Source: Lama guanicoe (Eukaryota). From it: a stretch of 64,000 nucleotides of DNA. Every line of letters begins with the position of its first letter. Position 1 is the stretch's first letter. A model generated the notes under the pieces. That model was given only the letters and a program-made list of their open reading frames with translations. It did no database searches and was not told the DNA's origin. Location of the stretch: positions 4,122,123 through 4,186,122 of the forward strand of contig MU053557.1 of the NCBI GenBank assembly GCA_013239625.1. Reading direction: 5' to 3'. Shown piece after piece: positions 1 to 12,302 of the stretch. The translations under genes were made by a program, and so were the position numbers.

Positions 1-59
1 ACAAAGTTGTCAGATAAAGCACCAAACATATGAAGGTGAAGTCAATAACAATTTAAAAG

Positions 60-730
60 AGGTTCAATCTATCAATTCATCTGGAAAATGCAAATTAAAT
101 GAAAGAGCATATTTTAAATTAGCATATTAATAGAAGATGCATAATATCCAGTGTTGGTGAGGGGAAAAAGTAGCAGACACTCTCACACCCTGCTGATGAG
201 AATGCAAATCGTTATGGTGCTCTGGGAGGTCAATTTTACGGTAAACATAACATTTTTAAATGCACATACATGTCAACAGAGCAATTTCACTTTGGGTAGC
301 TATTTGAAAGAAACACTGGCATAAGCACAATGAAATGTGTTCCAGGGTATTAAAAATAGTGCAGTATGTAATAGCAAAAGATTGGAGACACCTACATACC
401 CACAAATGGGAAATAATTAAATACATTTTAATATGTATTTTTAATATGTATTTTTAGTACAGAAGATTATGGAACAGTTAAAAAGAATGAGTTAGATCTA
501 TATGTTCTAAGGTGGGATGATCTCTAAAACGCATGTTAGGGATAAAAAGCAAGGTGCAGAAAGTACATAGAGAATGGCCTTGTTTAAGTAAAATAAAAGG
601 AGAAAAACTACGAATTTTAATGTTTTTATGAATGTTTGTAAGTGCACAGAAAAGATCACCAGATAAATAGTAATTGTTGTTTCTCAAGGGTAGGGCTAGA
701 AGGATAAAAGCTAATTTTACTTTTCATTGT
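60..730 (+). mobile_element. Ancient L1 (L1ME-like) 3' fragment
   Basis: Degenerate ORF2 end/3'UTR motifs: aaatgcaaattaaa, ccagtgttggtgagg, gcaatttcactt, ttaaaaagaatgagttagatctatatg. Confidence 0.7.
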
Positions 731-2574
731 TTTGGTTTTATATTTAATTATTTCATCTGAATTTGTTGATGTCCTATTTGTGGGATTTTTAAGAAAGACA
801 AATTTTTCTTAGATTGTTTTAGATTATAACAATTTGATCTAAAGGATTAATTTTATAATGTATTAATTTATTCATCAAGAGTTTAAGTTCCTATGATACA
901 TCGGGCAACATAGTGGATATTTGTTACACAGCAATGAAAAAAACAGGCAGGATTCCTGCCCTTGCAAGGCTAACGCTCTACTGGATACAGGGTTTAAACA
1001 GTTTTCTCTTCTCTCTATAGGCTACTCCCACTCTTACATGATTTTTTGGCCCACAGAACAATACCTCAGACCAACTTCTTGCACTTTTTATGATCCCAGG
1101 AAAAAGTAAATGTAAGGAATAGAGTATGGAGAGTCACATAAGCCATCTCTAAACTGCTACCTCTGCTTAACAATTCATGTTGCAGGTTTCCAAAAGCAAC
1201 AGGGATAAAACAGTACAGTATTAGTAAAATAGATCTCATAGGCTGCCCTAGAAACCCTGAACTCTTTCTATGACTATTTTTATGGGAAAACGCACCCAGT
1301 TCTAAACAACTGACTTAGTGAGTGCAGCACTGCTGGAGCATACTCTGGTTGTAAGTAGTTGACAGCCTGTACTCAGGCTACTGCTGAGCTTAAATAGCTA
1401 AAAACTACCTGGCACCCACACAGAAGTTCTTGTACACACATTTTACTTAACCGTTGGATCCTTTCTGTGACACTCATTAAGGCATAATAATTAAGAAAGA
1501 ATACCGGCCTACAGGAGTGTCCTCTGAGGTCCTTCTACCAGCTAGAATCTCAACACCATACTAGGCTTTAGCTACAAGACAGCCCACACTGACAGCAGAA
1601 AACTGAATTCATGCTTCTGAGCAGCCTCTGAGACAAAGCACTTATATATTTCATGACAATTCCTATTTTTTTCTTCTCCTTTCCTTATACCTACAAATGA
1701 AAAGGCCCCAATTTTCAGTTGCCAGAACAGGTGAATACTGTCATTATCAGAAAAATTAAATGCTTGTCTCAAAGAAGGAACTGTTTGGAAATTTCGGTGC
1801 CTCTCAGGACAAAGGAAAAAACATCATTGATAATTCGTCTTTGCTACAGGATGAATTTATTTATCATACATGGCTTTTTACAGCTGAGAACAACTCTAAG
1901 CCAGGGTAGAAAGAAAATTTTCAGGGCTCGAAAAGAGGCATCATACCTAGCTGCTGAAATTCAACTCCAAAGTTACTCCCACCTCCATCAACCTCTGTGA
2001 CCTTGGGTAAACCTCTTGACCTTTCCACAACTCTTTCATACTCCATTTCCTTTCTCATGCTGTTCTCTCTGCCTGGAATGCCTTCTTGATATCTCCTCTA
2101 AGTCTCAAATTCTTATAAAATGCTGTTCTGTTAAGTTTTCCTTGATTTCCATAGCCAAATAAGCTTCTTTCTTATTCACATCCCCACTCTGCATTGTGTA
2201 TACATCCATTATATCATTTATCAAAGGGCATTACTATTGCATGTTTATCATTATATTTGTTTTAGTTAATTTATCATGTTATTTTATGGCCATCTTAGGG
2301 TATCAGGTTATATGCTATTTCTACTACTCCTACTAATATTCAAACATTATTATGAGCACTTACTATGTGTCAGGCCCTATAGTAATACATTATGCTTAAC
2401 TGTCATAAAAGTTCTATAAGATGGATATTATTATTATTTTTTTACAGCTGAAGAGAGTAAAAAGAACCAAGAAAAATTATACAAATGATTATTAGTGCCA
2501 CTGAGAGTGAAAATAAAGACTATTTTACCACACTTTCAACCAGTACCCTAAAATACTACCTATAAATAAGAGTG

Positions 2575-2810
2575 GATAACATTTACTAACTTCTTTCTAG
2601 GTGTCAGACTCTGAACTATGTGCTCTGCACACTTTAGCTAATCTGATGCACACAAATGCCCTATGACGTAGAGATCATGATTATGATTCTTATTTTTTTA
2701 ATGAAATTGAGGTTCAGAATGGTTAAATGACTTGCCCAAGATCAAAGAACTGTGGGGGCTGAATTTGAATGGAGGCCATTCTCCCCCAGAGCCGGAGCCC
2801 TTGCCCACTA
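2575..2810 (-). mobile_element. MIR SINE
   Basis: MIR core reverse complement: gaaattgaggttcagaatggttaaatgacttgcccaagatc. Confidence 0.75.
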
Positions 2811-2962
2811 CTCTATTTATTACCAGATGGCAGAATTTTCTTTAATCTTTGAAAATACTGCACATGTTTTCAAGAACAACCCATCTGGAAACAAAAACCT
2901 GGAAAGTTACCTCTTCTCAGTCATGCAAATGAACAAAACCTAACAAGCCCCGAAGCACTCAC

Positions 2963-3531
2963 CTTAACACATGTGTGGATCCATTGATGGTTGTGGTTGA
3001 GCAGGGGACAGTCTGGCCCAGGATGGAAGGTCTGCGGTAGCGCTCGTCATCACAGCAGAGGATGATGAGGAAGGCACGTCTAAAAGACTTGTTCAAAAAG
3101 GCGTAGAGAAAGGGGTTCAACCCAGAATTGATGTAGCCAAGCCAGAGGAACGCGGTCCACACCTGCCCAGGGACAGTGTAGTCTACAAACGGATCCACAA
3201 TATTGGTGACAAAGAATGGAGCCCAGCAGAGGCAGAAGCAGCCCATGATGATGCACAGCGTCTTGGCTGCTTTGGTCTCTGTCCTCATGCGATGAGTGCT
3301 GTGCTGGTCTGCCGGCTGGGGCCTGCCCTCTGAGGGGGCTCCTGCCCGCTGTAACATCTGGATCTGGTGGGCATGCTCCTTGGCTGTGACATAGATGCGA
3401 CAGTAGGCCAGCACCATGAGGAGAAACGGGATGTAGAAGGCCACCACGGAGCAGGTGATGGCGTAGGGCTTGTTGACCATGAAGACACAGTACGTGGAGT
3501 TAGAGTTGTGGCTGAACTTCCTTTTTTCTAT
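2963..3531 (-). CDS. HTR4: 5-HT4 receptor, 569-bp last common coding exon (ECL2, TM5-TM7, helix 8, proximal C-tail)
   Basis: CTCTCAG|ATA GAA AAA AGG ... [37 protein letters not shown]...CWAPFF...NPFLY...ILCCDD...STHVLR. CWxP and NPxxY motifs are intact; the exon ends where HTR4 C-terminal splice variants diverge. Confidence 0.98.
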
Positions 3532-3533
3532 CT

Positions 3534-3752
3534 GAGAGTTGCAGAGAGAGGGGGGATGAGAAGGGAGGGAGATAGGGAAGGAAAAGGTGAAGAAGCAGCA
3601 GCAGCAGGAAGGGAATGAGAAAAATCGTAAGAAAGAGAAAATGATAAAAAAAAAAGAAGTTGAAAGAGGGAAGAGGAACAGAGAAGGAAAGGGAGGGATG
3701 AATAAAAGACAAAGGTGAAGAAGGGAAGAAAGAAGAAGGTTTATCAGCAAAG
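3534..3752 (-). promoter_or_regulatory. 219-nt AG-exclusion zone / extended polypyrimidine tract upstream of the 569-bp exon
   Basis: No CT on + (no AG on -) from 3534 until 3753-3754; strongly purine-rich on +. Branch-like CTGAT (minus) at 3743-3747. Confidence 0.9.
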
Positions 3753-3814
3753 CTTTTCTTTTTCTTCTCATAAGCCTATGGCACACAAAACCATGATGGC
3801 AGAAAAGGAAAATG

Positions 3815-5150
3815 CTTTTGGCTATTCTTATATTTCATATTTTCCATATAAAGTTTAGAATTAGCTTATCAATTTCCATAAAAATCTTCTGGGATTCTCA
3901 CTGGAGTTAGAATGATTGAAGAAAACTGGTATCTTTGCAATGCTCAGTTTTCCAATTCACAACATGGTAGTTCTTTCCCTTTACTTAAGTCTTTTAAAAT
4001 TTATTTCAGTAATATTTTATATTTTTTGTGTAAATGCCTTGCACACTTATGCTAGATTTATTTCTAAGTATTTTTTTATCCTATTGCAAATGTTACCATG
4101 TTAAATTCTTATTTCTAATTGTCTGTTGTATATAGAACTTAGTGAAAACTTTTCTTTGTATATTGGCTATGTATCCAACAACTCTGTTAAATTAGTTACT
4201 AACTAATTTAGACTATTTTAAATTTTTTCCATGAACATCCATGTTATCTGCAAATCATGCCAATTTCATTTCTTGCTTTCCAATCTTAATAACATTTTCC
4301 TTGCATATTGAACTTGATAAGACCTCCAGTATAATACTGAATGAAACTGGTAATAGTGGACACCGTTATAGTCCCAGTTTTAGGAGGAGAGCTTTCAACA
4401 TTTTACTATTAAGTATGATACTTGCTGTAAGTTTTTTGTCAATGCCCTCTATTTGAGAAGAATATGCCTTCTTCTCATACAAGAATGTACCCCTCTATTC
4501 TTAGTTTGATGAGAATTTTTTAAAGTATGACTGGATGTTGAATTTTGTCAATGTATTTTTGGCAGTAGCAAGATGATCGTGTGAGTTTTCCCTTCTTCTA
4601 TTAACACAGAGAATTACCTCGATTATACTACATTCTTGAACTAAACCTCACTTGTATTGGATACTGTGATACACTAGATCCCTCTTAAGAACTGAAATAG
4701 TTCTCTTTCAACTATAAACTCTGCCTGCTGATGACTCTTTAGTTATCAGCCTTCTCTAGGAACAGTCTGGCTGAAGAGGACTGTGTAATCCAATGACACT
4801 TCCCTCCTGAGGTCAGCCTGCAACCACTGTGAACATGCATATGAATAGAGATATAAATAAATAACATGTATGATAGACAATACACCATTTCATTCACTGT
4901 GCGTGCATTTACTATCTTGTCTTACAGTATACTGTAAGGTTACAGTACACCTTCCTAGTGAACTGACAATTTCATTATTATAAAATCTCTTTCTATCTCA
5001 ATATTACTTGCCATAAATTTATTTTATCACTGATAACAGTACAGCTACACCAACTTTCTTTCCATTAGTGTTTGGATATTATATTTTTTCCATTATTTTA
5101 TTTTCAACCTTTCTGTCACCTTCTATTTCATGGGCCTCTCTTACAAGCAA
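3815..5150 (-). mobile_element. Ancient L1 ORF2 remnant, interrupted near 4665-4830 by an LTR-like fragment
   Basis: T-rich antisense L1 motifs: ttttccatataaagtttagaattagctt, gctttcaacattttactattaagtatgatacttgctgtaag, ctggatgttgaattttgtcaa. Confidence 0.7.
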
Positions 5151-5629
5151 CATAAATTACACATTGATTGGTTGACGACCAGAGAGTGATGAGAACCTAA
5201 GCCTGTATCTTGTCTAGGAGCAAAGATTCATGATTTGCCAATTCAATGTTTGTGGCAACTTTACAGAACCTAATTCTTGTGAATAATGAGGATCAACTGT
5301 ATATGTATTGTGAACACGTAGGTTATGCTAGCTTCTCTCTAGGCAGATGCCATGTGCAAATGAGTGAAAAGATATGAAATGCAATTACAATACCATGGAG
5401 CAAATACTAGGCATGTTAATAGAAAGCAGAAGCCCCATTCCTCAGTTACATGAAATAAACAGGAGATGCTTCCATCTCACTCTCACAAGGAAAATAATTT
5501 ATTAGTTATTTCCCTTGAACACTCTACATCAGAGGGTAAGAGTGCTGGGCCCTCGTTACAAGTTCTGATGCACAGAAGCTTATACTCCCAGAGGTCTTCT
5601 CCATTAGGGATTATGTTTAGCACACACAT

Positions 5630-5865
5630 AAAACCACAGACTCTGGAGTCCAGTAAGCCTGGGCTTAGATACAGTCACCACCACTCCCTACCAGTTAGCT
5701 CCCTACTTTAGCTAATAACGCAATCTCTCTGATCCTCAGTTTCCTGAGGACACTGACAGGATTTACATCACAGCACTGTTGTGAGGCCTGAGGGAGATTA
5801 ACAATTATATTAACATGGGGTTCAGCACATAGTAAGTATTCAACAATCGTTGGCCATTATTATTA
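5630..5865 (+). mobile_element. MIR SINE
   Basis: cagactctggagtccag...ctctgatcctcagtttcct...gttgtgagg...cagcacatagtaagtattcaacaa...tattatt. Confidence 0.75.
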
Positions 5866-6050
5866 TTATTCTGCTGGAAATTTGAATTTCATCTCCCCCA
5901 AGAATGTTAAAACTGAAAGTCTGAAAGAAGAGGGATAGTATTTAAGAAAATATCCATACAGTCTCCCTTGTACGGATCCCCTTTCACTTCTCCACTCCTC
6001 TGTCCCCAGCATTTCCTTCAGAAGCCCAAGGCACTCTTGTTCTGACATAC

Positions 6051-6092
6051 CACATGCAAATCCTGGCCCAGTCTTGGTTTGGATATCCTTCC
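6051..6092 (-). CDS. HTR4: 5-HT4 receptor alternative cassette exon h (14-aa ECL2 insert GRISKPRLGQDLHV)
   Basis: Minus strand CCCCTAATCTTGCCTTATTCTTTGTCCAG|GGA AGG ATA TCC AAA CCA AGA CTG GGC CAG GAT TTG CAT GTG|GTATGT. Exactly 42 nt, phase 0-0, stop-free, branch-point-like CTAAT at -23. Located between the 154-bp and 569-bp exons, where the known 5-HT4(h) exon sits, and shares its LGQD-H core. Confidence 0.88.
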
Positions 6093-7047
6093 CTGGACAA
6101 AGAATAAGGCAAGATTAGGGGCTAGGAATGGGGTGGAGAGAAGAAGGGGCAGCTCCTACTCTGACTGGTCCTCTTGGGCCGGAGCTCACTCTCAATCTCT
6201 CCTTCCCATTCCCCTTCCTACCTCGACACGGTCCTGGGATCCATTTAAAAATGACTGCCTGACAACTTCTTTAGGGAATATATATCCCTCCTAGTGGATC
6301 CAGACCATAGCTTTCGATCTTTGTTACAAGTTTGATATTACAAACACAGTATGTCAGAGCTGGACGACTCTTAAAAGAGCATCTGGACAGGGGCTGGCAG
6401 ATGCCTGGCACCTGGGCTACGTGCTGCTCTCCTGCCCCTCTGGAAGACACTGTTCCCCACTGAGGACCAACAGCTCTTCCCATCACAGACCCTTTAGTGA
6501 GTGGGTCAGCGACAGAGCTGGGCTCTGGGTCCAGCTCTCTCAGCTGCTTGCCCAGGGCTCCCTTCATTCTCTGGAAGCCCCTACCCCCATGATACGTTTT
6601 CTGTGGGTCACTGTAAGCCTTATAGAGTCACAGCATGAAACGGGATGAAGGCCTCTTGGGGCACATCACATACCTCAGGCTCTGGAGGCTTGCCTGCTTA
6701 ACTCAGAATGCCTGTTCTGTTATTCACTAGCTGTATGACATTGGGCATGTCACTGCACCTTTTTTAAGCCTGAGTTTTCTCATCTGTGAAACGAGGGGAA
6801 ATTATTATAATTTCCCCAAAGAGATGTTGTCAGGATTGTATGTACTTAGTGTATTTTTTGACATACAGTAAGCTTTTAAAAATGTTAGCCTGCCTTTTTT
6901 TGTTGTTGTTGTTATTGCCTGTTACTCAGACCACTATCAGAACCTTTCTTAGAATAATCACTCAATCTGACATTGTTTGTTTATTAGAATCTCAAGCAAA
7001 CAAACATAGTCAGACCGTAAACCAGTGGGCTTTTCATAGGTACTCAC

Positions 7048-7201
7048 CAAATCAAGTATGCCAATGTTATTCCAGCCTTGCATGATAGGGAGAAAAGAGA
7101 TAAACATGGGGATGACCCAGCAGCCTCCCAGCATTAACACGATGCGCAGAGGGGTCATCTTGTTCCTATAGACCAAGGGTTGGCAGCAGATGGCATAATA
7201 C
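7048..7201 (-). CDS. HTR4: 5-HT4 receptor, 154-bp coding exon (ICL2, TM4, start of ECL2)
   Basis: CCCCAG|G TAT TAT GCC ... [63 protein letters not shown]. Phase 2-0. Confidence 0.98.
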
Positions 7202-7203
7202 CT

Positions 7204-7507
7204 GGGGAGAGAAGAGAGCGGGTGGGTGCTATGGAACAGGACGAGATGAGGGAGAAGGAGGGGAACACAACTGATGACAGAGAAGAGGGCAGAAGAAGTA
7301 GGGGGGAGAAGGGAGAACAGAAGAGGAAGTATTGGGGAAAGAGGAAAATTAGATGGGAAATAGAGAATAAAAATAAGGAAGGAAGAAAAGAGAAAACAAT
7401 GGGGGGAAAGAGAGGTGAGTGGGTAGTAGAGGACAAGGAGGAAAAGGGAGAGAGAAGTGGGCAAAGAACAGAGGAAAGAAAAAACAATTGTACAATAAAA
7501 CGTTATG
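7204..7507 (-). promoter_or_regulatory. ~300-nt polypyrimidine tract upstream of the 154-bp exon, with two internal AGs
   Basis: Purine-rich on + from 7204 to 7507; CT dinucleotides occur only at 7229-7230 and 7271-7272 before 7508-7509. Confidence 0.88.
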
Positions 7508-9541
7508 CTAGCCGATGAGTTTCCGTTACTGTAAATATAAATTTTAGATCACACATATGAGACCATTGCCAGGTGTTGGCCCCATATCCCTCTTGCCCAC
7601 CCAATACCTGAGGAGCTCGACATACACCTGAGGGTCTGCTCTGTCTCAGGCATAGATTCAACACTATCCTCATCCTGGGCATTTTAGAAGCTCCTGTCCA
7701 GCCCTCTGGGCCTCAGTATCCAGACATCTGTAGTCCTCTTGAACAACAATTGGAGGTGACCCAGGCTTGGCCCTACATCTGAGCTCTGAGAACAGTATCT
7801 CAGACTTGTCCCCATCCTCTTGGTCACCTACCTATACTGAGGTGATGCTCTCAGTCAGTGTCCCTTAAATTGTGGTCCAGAGATTCTACCCTTCTCCCCT
7901 GCATCACTTACCTGAGGGGACTTACTTAAAAAGCAAGGATCCCCTGAATTAGAGTCTATTGTGGGGGGGGGCCCTGGAGTTTGCATTTTGACAAGTGGAA
8001 GTCATCCCTGCTGTTTGCTAAGTGTGTCCAGTTCTCCCTTTTGGGCACACGCACTTCCTGACCTCCCTGTGGCTGAGTGGGGGCAAGTAACTGGTTTGGC
8101 TTATGAGCCATGAACAGAATTGACATGTGTTACTTATGGGCTGAAACATTTGTTTCTCTGATGCCAAGAATGTAAAATTCTGAGTGTTTACTGGTCTATC
8201 ATTTTCTACTTACTGGCAGAGACGACCAACCTCATTCCCCTTTATCAGGGTCTGATCTTCCTCATGGGACCCTTTCTTCAGCCCAGATTTTGCCTACGGT
8301 ACTAGCTTTCTTCTTACCTCTACACAGAGGTGCAACTTGCCCTACTCAGTGATCTTGTCTCTAACTCCCAGACTGCTTCTTGTATGTTACTTCAGTCTTG
8401 GAGACCACTGTTTCCACACCCAGGAAGTTCCTGGCATTTGACAAAAGGCAAAATACCACGGTAGGTCTATCAGCTATCTGTCTTTGGAAGAGTCAAAGCA
8501 AAAGTGCAAAAAGAGCCTGCAGGCTAAGTCTAGTCTTTAAGATTTTATACTATTTAATGATGAGCCACTCCCTTACATTCCTCATTTTATGCAGTTCATT
8601 TTGTTAATTTTTCCCACCTCTTCCTTTCTTTTCTTAATTCAGAGTATAACACATATAACAATGATTATATTCTTTGAAGCGGTGGAGGTATGGTGAGTTG
8701 GGAGAGAGGGTAGGATGAGGAGAGCTCTGTGTTGGAGCATAAGAAGAGAGTGCCTCAGGAGCAGAGAGGGGAGAACAATACCTTTCCCCGCAAGGCATCA
8801 AGGAGCAGCTGGCCACACTGCGCCGGAGAGCTTCCTGCGGCCAGCAAGACGTGGGATGTCCAGAGTGTAAAGGACAACAGACCAAAGAATGGGAGAGGAA
8901 CTTACTTAGGAACTCATTTTCTCTATCTGTAAAACTGACATGGGAGCCAAATCTAACTAAATATAACTCAGTAATGGATATAATCATGAATAGCTGGAAT
9001 TCCTTCCACACCCCTGACTTGTAAGAAAGGCAAATTGTATCACAGTGGCACATTTTTCTGAATGGCTACATTAATAATTATGTTTATTAACAGAGATGAC
9101 GAATCTGGAGTATATGAAAATATCCTTTCCTCACTTCCTGCTAGAGGACATAGATTAGATATGGGTTTTGTACATTTAGCATCCTCCTCCTTTCTCTTGG
9201 TCAGAGCATCCCAAATCCTTGGGAATAATCTCTTCTCTGTTGTCGTCTGTGTAGTTGGGAAAGTAAATCATGGGACCCTGACTTTTCCAGCCAGGGAGTG
9301 ACCCAATCAGACTCTCCTGGGACTCTGAATGTCATGCAGAATGATGCAAACACGAGAAAGTTGGCAGAGGCCCCTCTGTCCTCACAGTAGCTTCCTAGTG
9401 GGGCTGAGCGTGGCTCCTCTCCTTGAATCTTTGGGCAGTCATGGTCTTGCCCCTTTAGGTCCTTATTCTACAGCTCTTCCTCTGATTCAATAAGCCATCT
9501 CATATTGTATTCCCATTGTATTCCTTTTTTGCTTAAGTTGA

Positions 9542-10000
9542 TGTTAGGGGCTGAACTGTGTTCCCTTCTCCCAAAAGACATGTTAAAGCCCAAACCCTCA
9601 GTGCCTTGGAATATGACCTTATTCGGAAACAGGATCTTTGGGGAGGGAATAAAATTAAAATGAGGCCATTCAGTGGGCCATAATCCAATATGACTGATGT
9701 CTTATAAAAATAAATTTAGACATAGACAGATGTGCTCAAAGAGAAGATGGCCATGTGAAGATGGAGGGTTGAAGTGGGGCTTCTACAGGCCAAGGAACAC
9801 CAAAGATTGCCAGAAAAACCACCTGGAGCCAGGAAGAGGCAAGGAAGAATCTTTTTCCTACAGGTTCAGAGGGAGCAGGGCCCTGCTGACACCTTGAGTT
9901 CAGACTTCTAGCCTCCACAAATGTGAGATAATAAATATTCTGTTGTTCCAAGCCACACAGTTTGTGGTGCTTTGTTAATACAGCTTTCACAAAGGCTAAC
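9542..10000 (+). mobile_element. MaLR solo LTR (MLT1C-like)
   Basis: tgttaggggctgaactgtgttccc start; gccatgtgaagatggagg; ccctgctgacaccttgagttcagacttctagcctcca; aataaatattctgttgttccaagcc near the end. Confidence 0.85.
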
Positions 10001-12302
10001 AGAGTTGGCTAAAGGCAGTCTTGATTACTTGCAACCAAAGAATCTTGCCTCAGTAAAAATGGTTTTGAATGCCAGGTGTGTCTTTCATAGAGGCTTAGTT
10101 CTAAGTAAGAATATCTTTGTTTTATTCAATATACCTCAAACTATAGCATCCTTTCATTTACCAACCCAAAGAAGTCAATCAAAGGATAAGTGAACAACAG
10201 ACGCTGCCCTATTTTTGCTGAATAATTTGTACAATTTATGGTTTTTGAGGCTTGGAAAAGGTGCCAAGCTATTGGGTAAAGACAAGCCTTCAGCAATTTT
10301 GGTTGGGTCTCCAATCTCATATAAATCCAAAAGTTCAAAAAGACAAAGCCAAATTAAACATCTTGCAAGACGAAAGGTATGTTTGAGGAAGAAAGATGAA
10401 GATTTTTTTCCAATTTCCATAAGTGGATGTAGATATTTAGACAATTATATTGGGAAGACCATAGAATCTACAGAAGAGGACTTTGAATATATGGTTAAAC
10501 TGATGTTCTTAATGTTGTTATGAAAGCCTTTCTTTCTCAGTCTAGCTTGGCCAGGGTGATTGTCGGATTCTCATGGCAGGATGAACATCCTGTGGAAAAT
10601 AAGATCTCCCCAATTTCTCCTGCCTGGATGTTCTGTACTTTAATTTGCATTACCCTAGGCTACTAGAAGCCGCTTCCACAGAGAAATAAATAGTGGTGAC
10701 AGGTTTCCTTCTAAAATTCAACTTTAAGGGGGATGGATACACATTCTACCAATCCCGTACACATTTACATACAAAGTCTGTGTCCTGGACAATGAAATGC
10801 CTGGAATAAAGTTGCTTGGACAGCTCATTCCCCAGGTGGCTAAGGTGGGACACAGCCATGGTTTCCTGCACAGACAGCTTAGAAAGTTACTCTTGCACAA
10901 TGTAGGGTGGTTGGGCAAGCCTAGGAAAAAATTCTTTGTTTTCTACTTTAACAATTAGCAATAGGGGAAAAAAGAATTTTATATTCTTTATTTATTAGAA
11001 TGACTGAATTGTGAATGATAGGGAAAGATGAATAAGAAAAATACCAACTTGTGTCTTCATATGTGTTTTTACTTAAATCTTCTCTATATCTTCAGTCTGG
11101 TGCCATGTCTTATAATAAACATAATCTGATTTTCAAGCAGCATGGTGTTGAGAATATAAGGTTCTTATTTGGAGCTCAAATTAGAGCACTCACTTGACTT
11201 TATGGGTCCAAGGCCTTGGCACCTCTGAAACAGCTGCCATAAATAAGTCACCTCATGTCCTTCTAATTTCCTTCCTCATATCTTTCTAATCTTTGCTTTC
11301 TAGCAAAGAATCTAAAAAAAAAAGTAGACATTCTCTTGAAGGTTGCATTCAAGAATCTAAATTAAGTATGTGAAAGTAAACATCACTGAGTAAAAAAATT
11401 TATAAATATTGAGTTCCAATGTTAACAAATGGAGCTTCCTTAAAGTTCTAGCTTTTGTCTATAGATCGAGGACCAGACAGAAATGGGATAATTTCATTTT
11501 TACCTACCATAGTTGCTTTTTAATATCTATATTTGGATTATATTATCCATGCTAATAACAAATACATTTGTTGCATTATGAACCATCCCCAAAACACACA
11601 TATGACACTAATAGACAAAAGTAGTTAGTTAAATCTGCAAGTTCTTTGGAGTTTAGGCAAAGTGTGCTGCTTAAGTTAATAAAGAGCAACTCTCCATTTA
11701 CTTACTAAAAGCTCTACTTGTATTATCTCATTTAGTCCTCACAAATACTTTTGAAACAGGAATTCTAAATGCACCCATTTCACAGATGAGGAAACAGAGA
11801 AGGGTCAGGATTCGTCCAACATCCCACAAGTGGTAACAAACAAGCTGGGATCCAGCCCAGGCCTGACTCAAGGGCCAGGATGTTAATCTCATCACTATCA
11901 CTTCACTCTGCCACCTCCCTGAAACTCCCAAGGGATTATTCTAATGCTTTACTAGCCACTTTAGAAACAATCAAAACATAAAAACACTGAATCTCAGAAC
12001 TTGAAGGATCCTCCAAATCCTGAAATCCTCAAATCCCCTCTAAAATGAGGTACATCCAAACCTGCATGAATGCACTAAGGACTGGGAATTCACCAAGTCC
12101 TACACAGTGCATTCTAAACTTAAGGCCATCCTGAAGTTAAAAAGCTTCCTCCAAAGTTGATTTTCTGTAACTTTCAATTTTACCTTCTGGCTCAATTTAA
12201 AACTTCTGTCTCTAATTCTTCTTCTGCATAGTGGTCACACAGACTTCTGGAGAGAACGTTTACATTCCTCTGAAGTCTTACTTTCTGCAGGTAAAAATTG
12301 CC

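Noticed and set aside
1..2958. Alternative C-terminal exons of HTR4 (a, b, g, i and others)
   Set aside because: No stretch translated to a tail I recognise; the region is mostly L1, L2 and MIR remnants.
3400..3402. Cys in LAYCRIY where I recall Tyr in human (position 5.59)
   Set aside because: The conserved Tyr5.58 is intact and I cannot show that 5.59 is constrained; needs an orthologue alignment.
3532..3786. Hydrophobic N-terminal 85 aa of the 275-aa ORF, suggesting a single-exon membrane protein
   Set aside because: It is the translation of the intronic pyrimidine tract; HTR4 homology starts exactly after the CAG acceptor at 3531.
7180..7518. 112-aa E/K/R/G-rich plus-strand ORF, and similar ORFs at 3367 and 25933
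   Set aside because: Open only because purine-rich tracts lack T and therefore stop codons; no recognisable protein.
10215..10523. 102-aa ORF as a possible nested gene or retrocopy
   Set aside because: Non-ATG start, no recognisable domain, no poly-A tail or TSD; length is compatible with chance.
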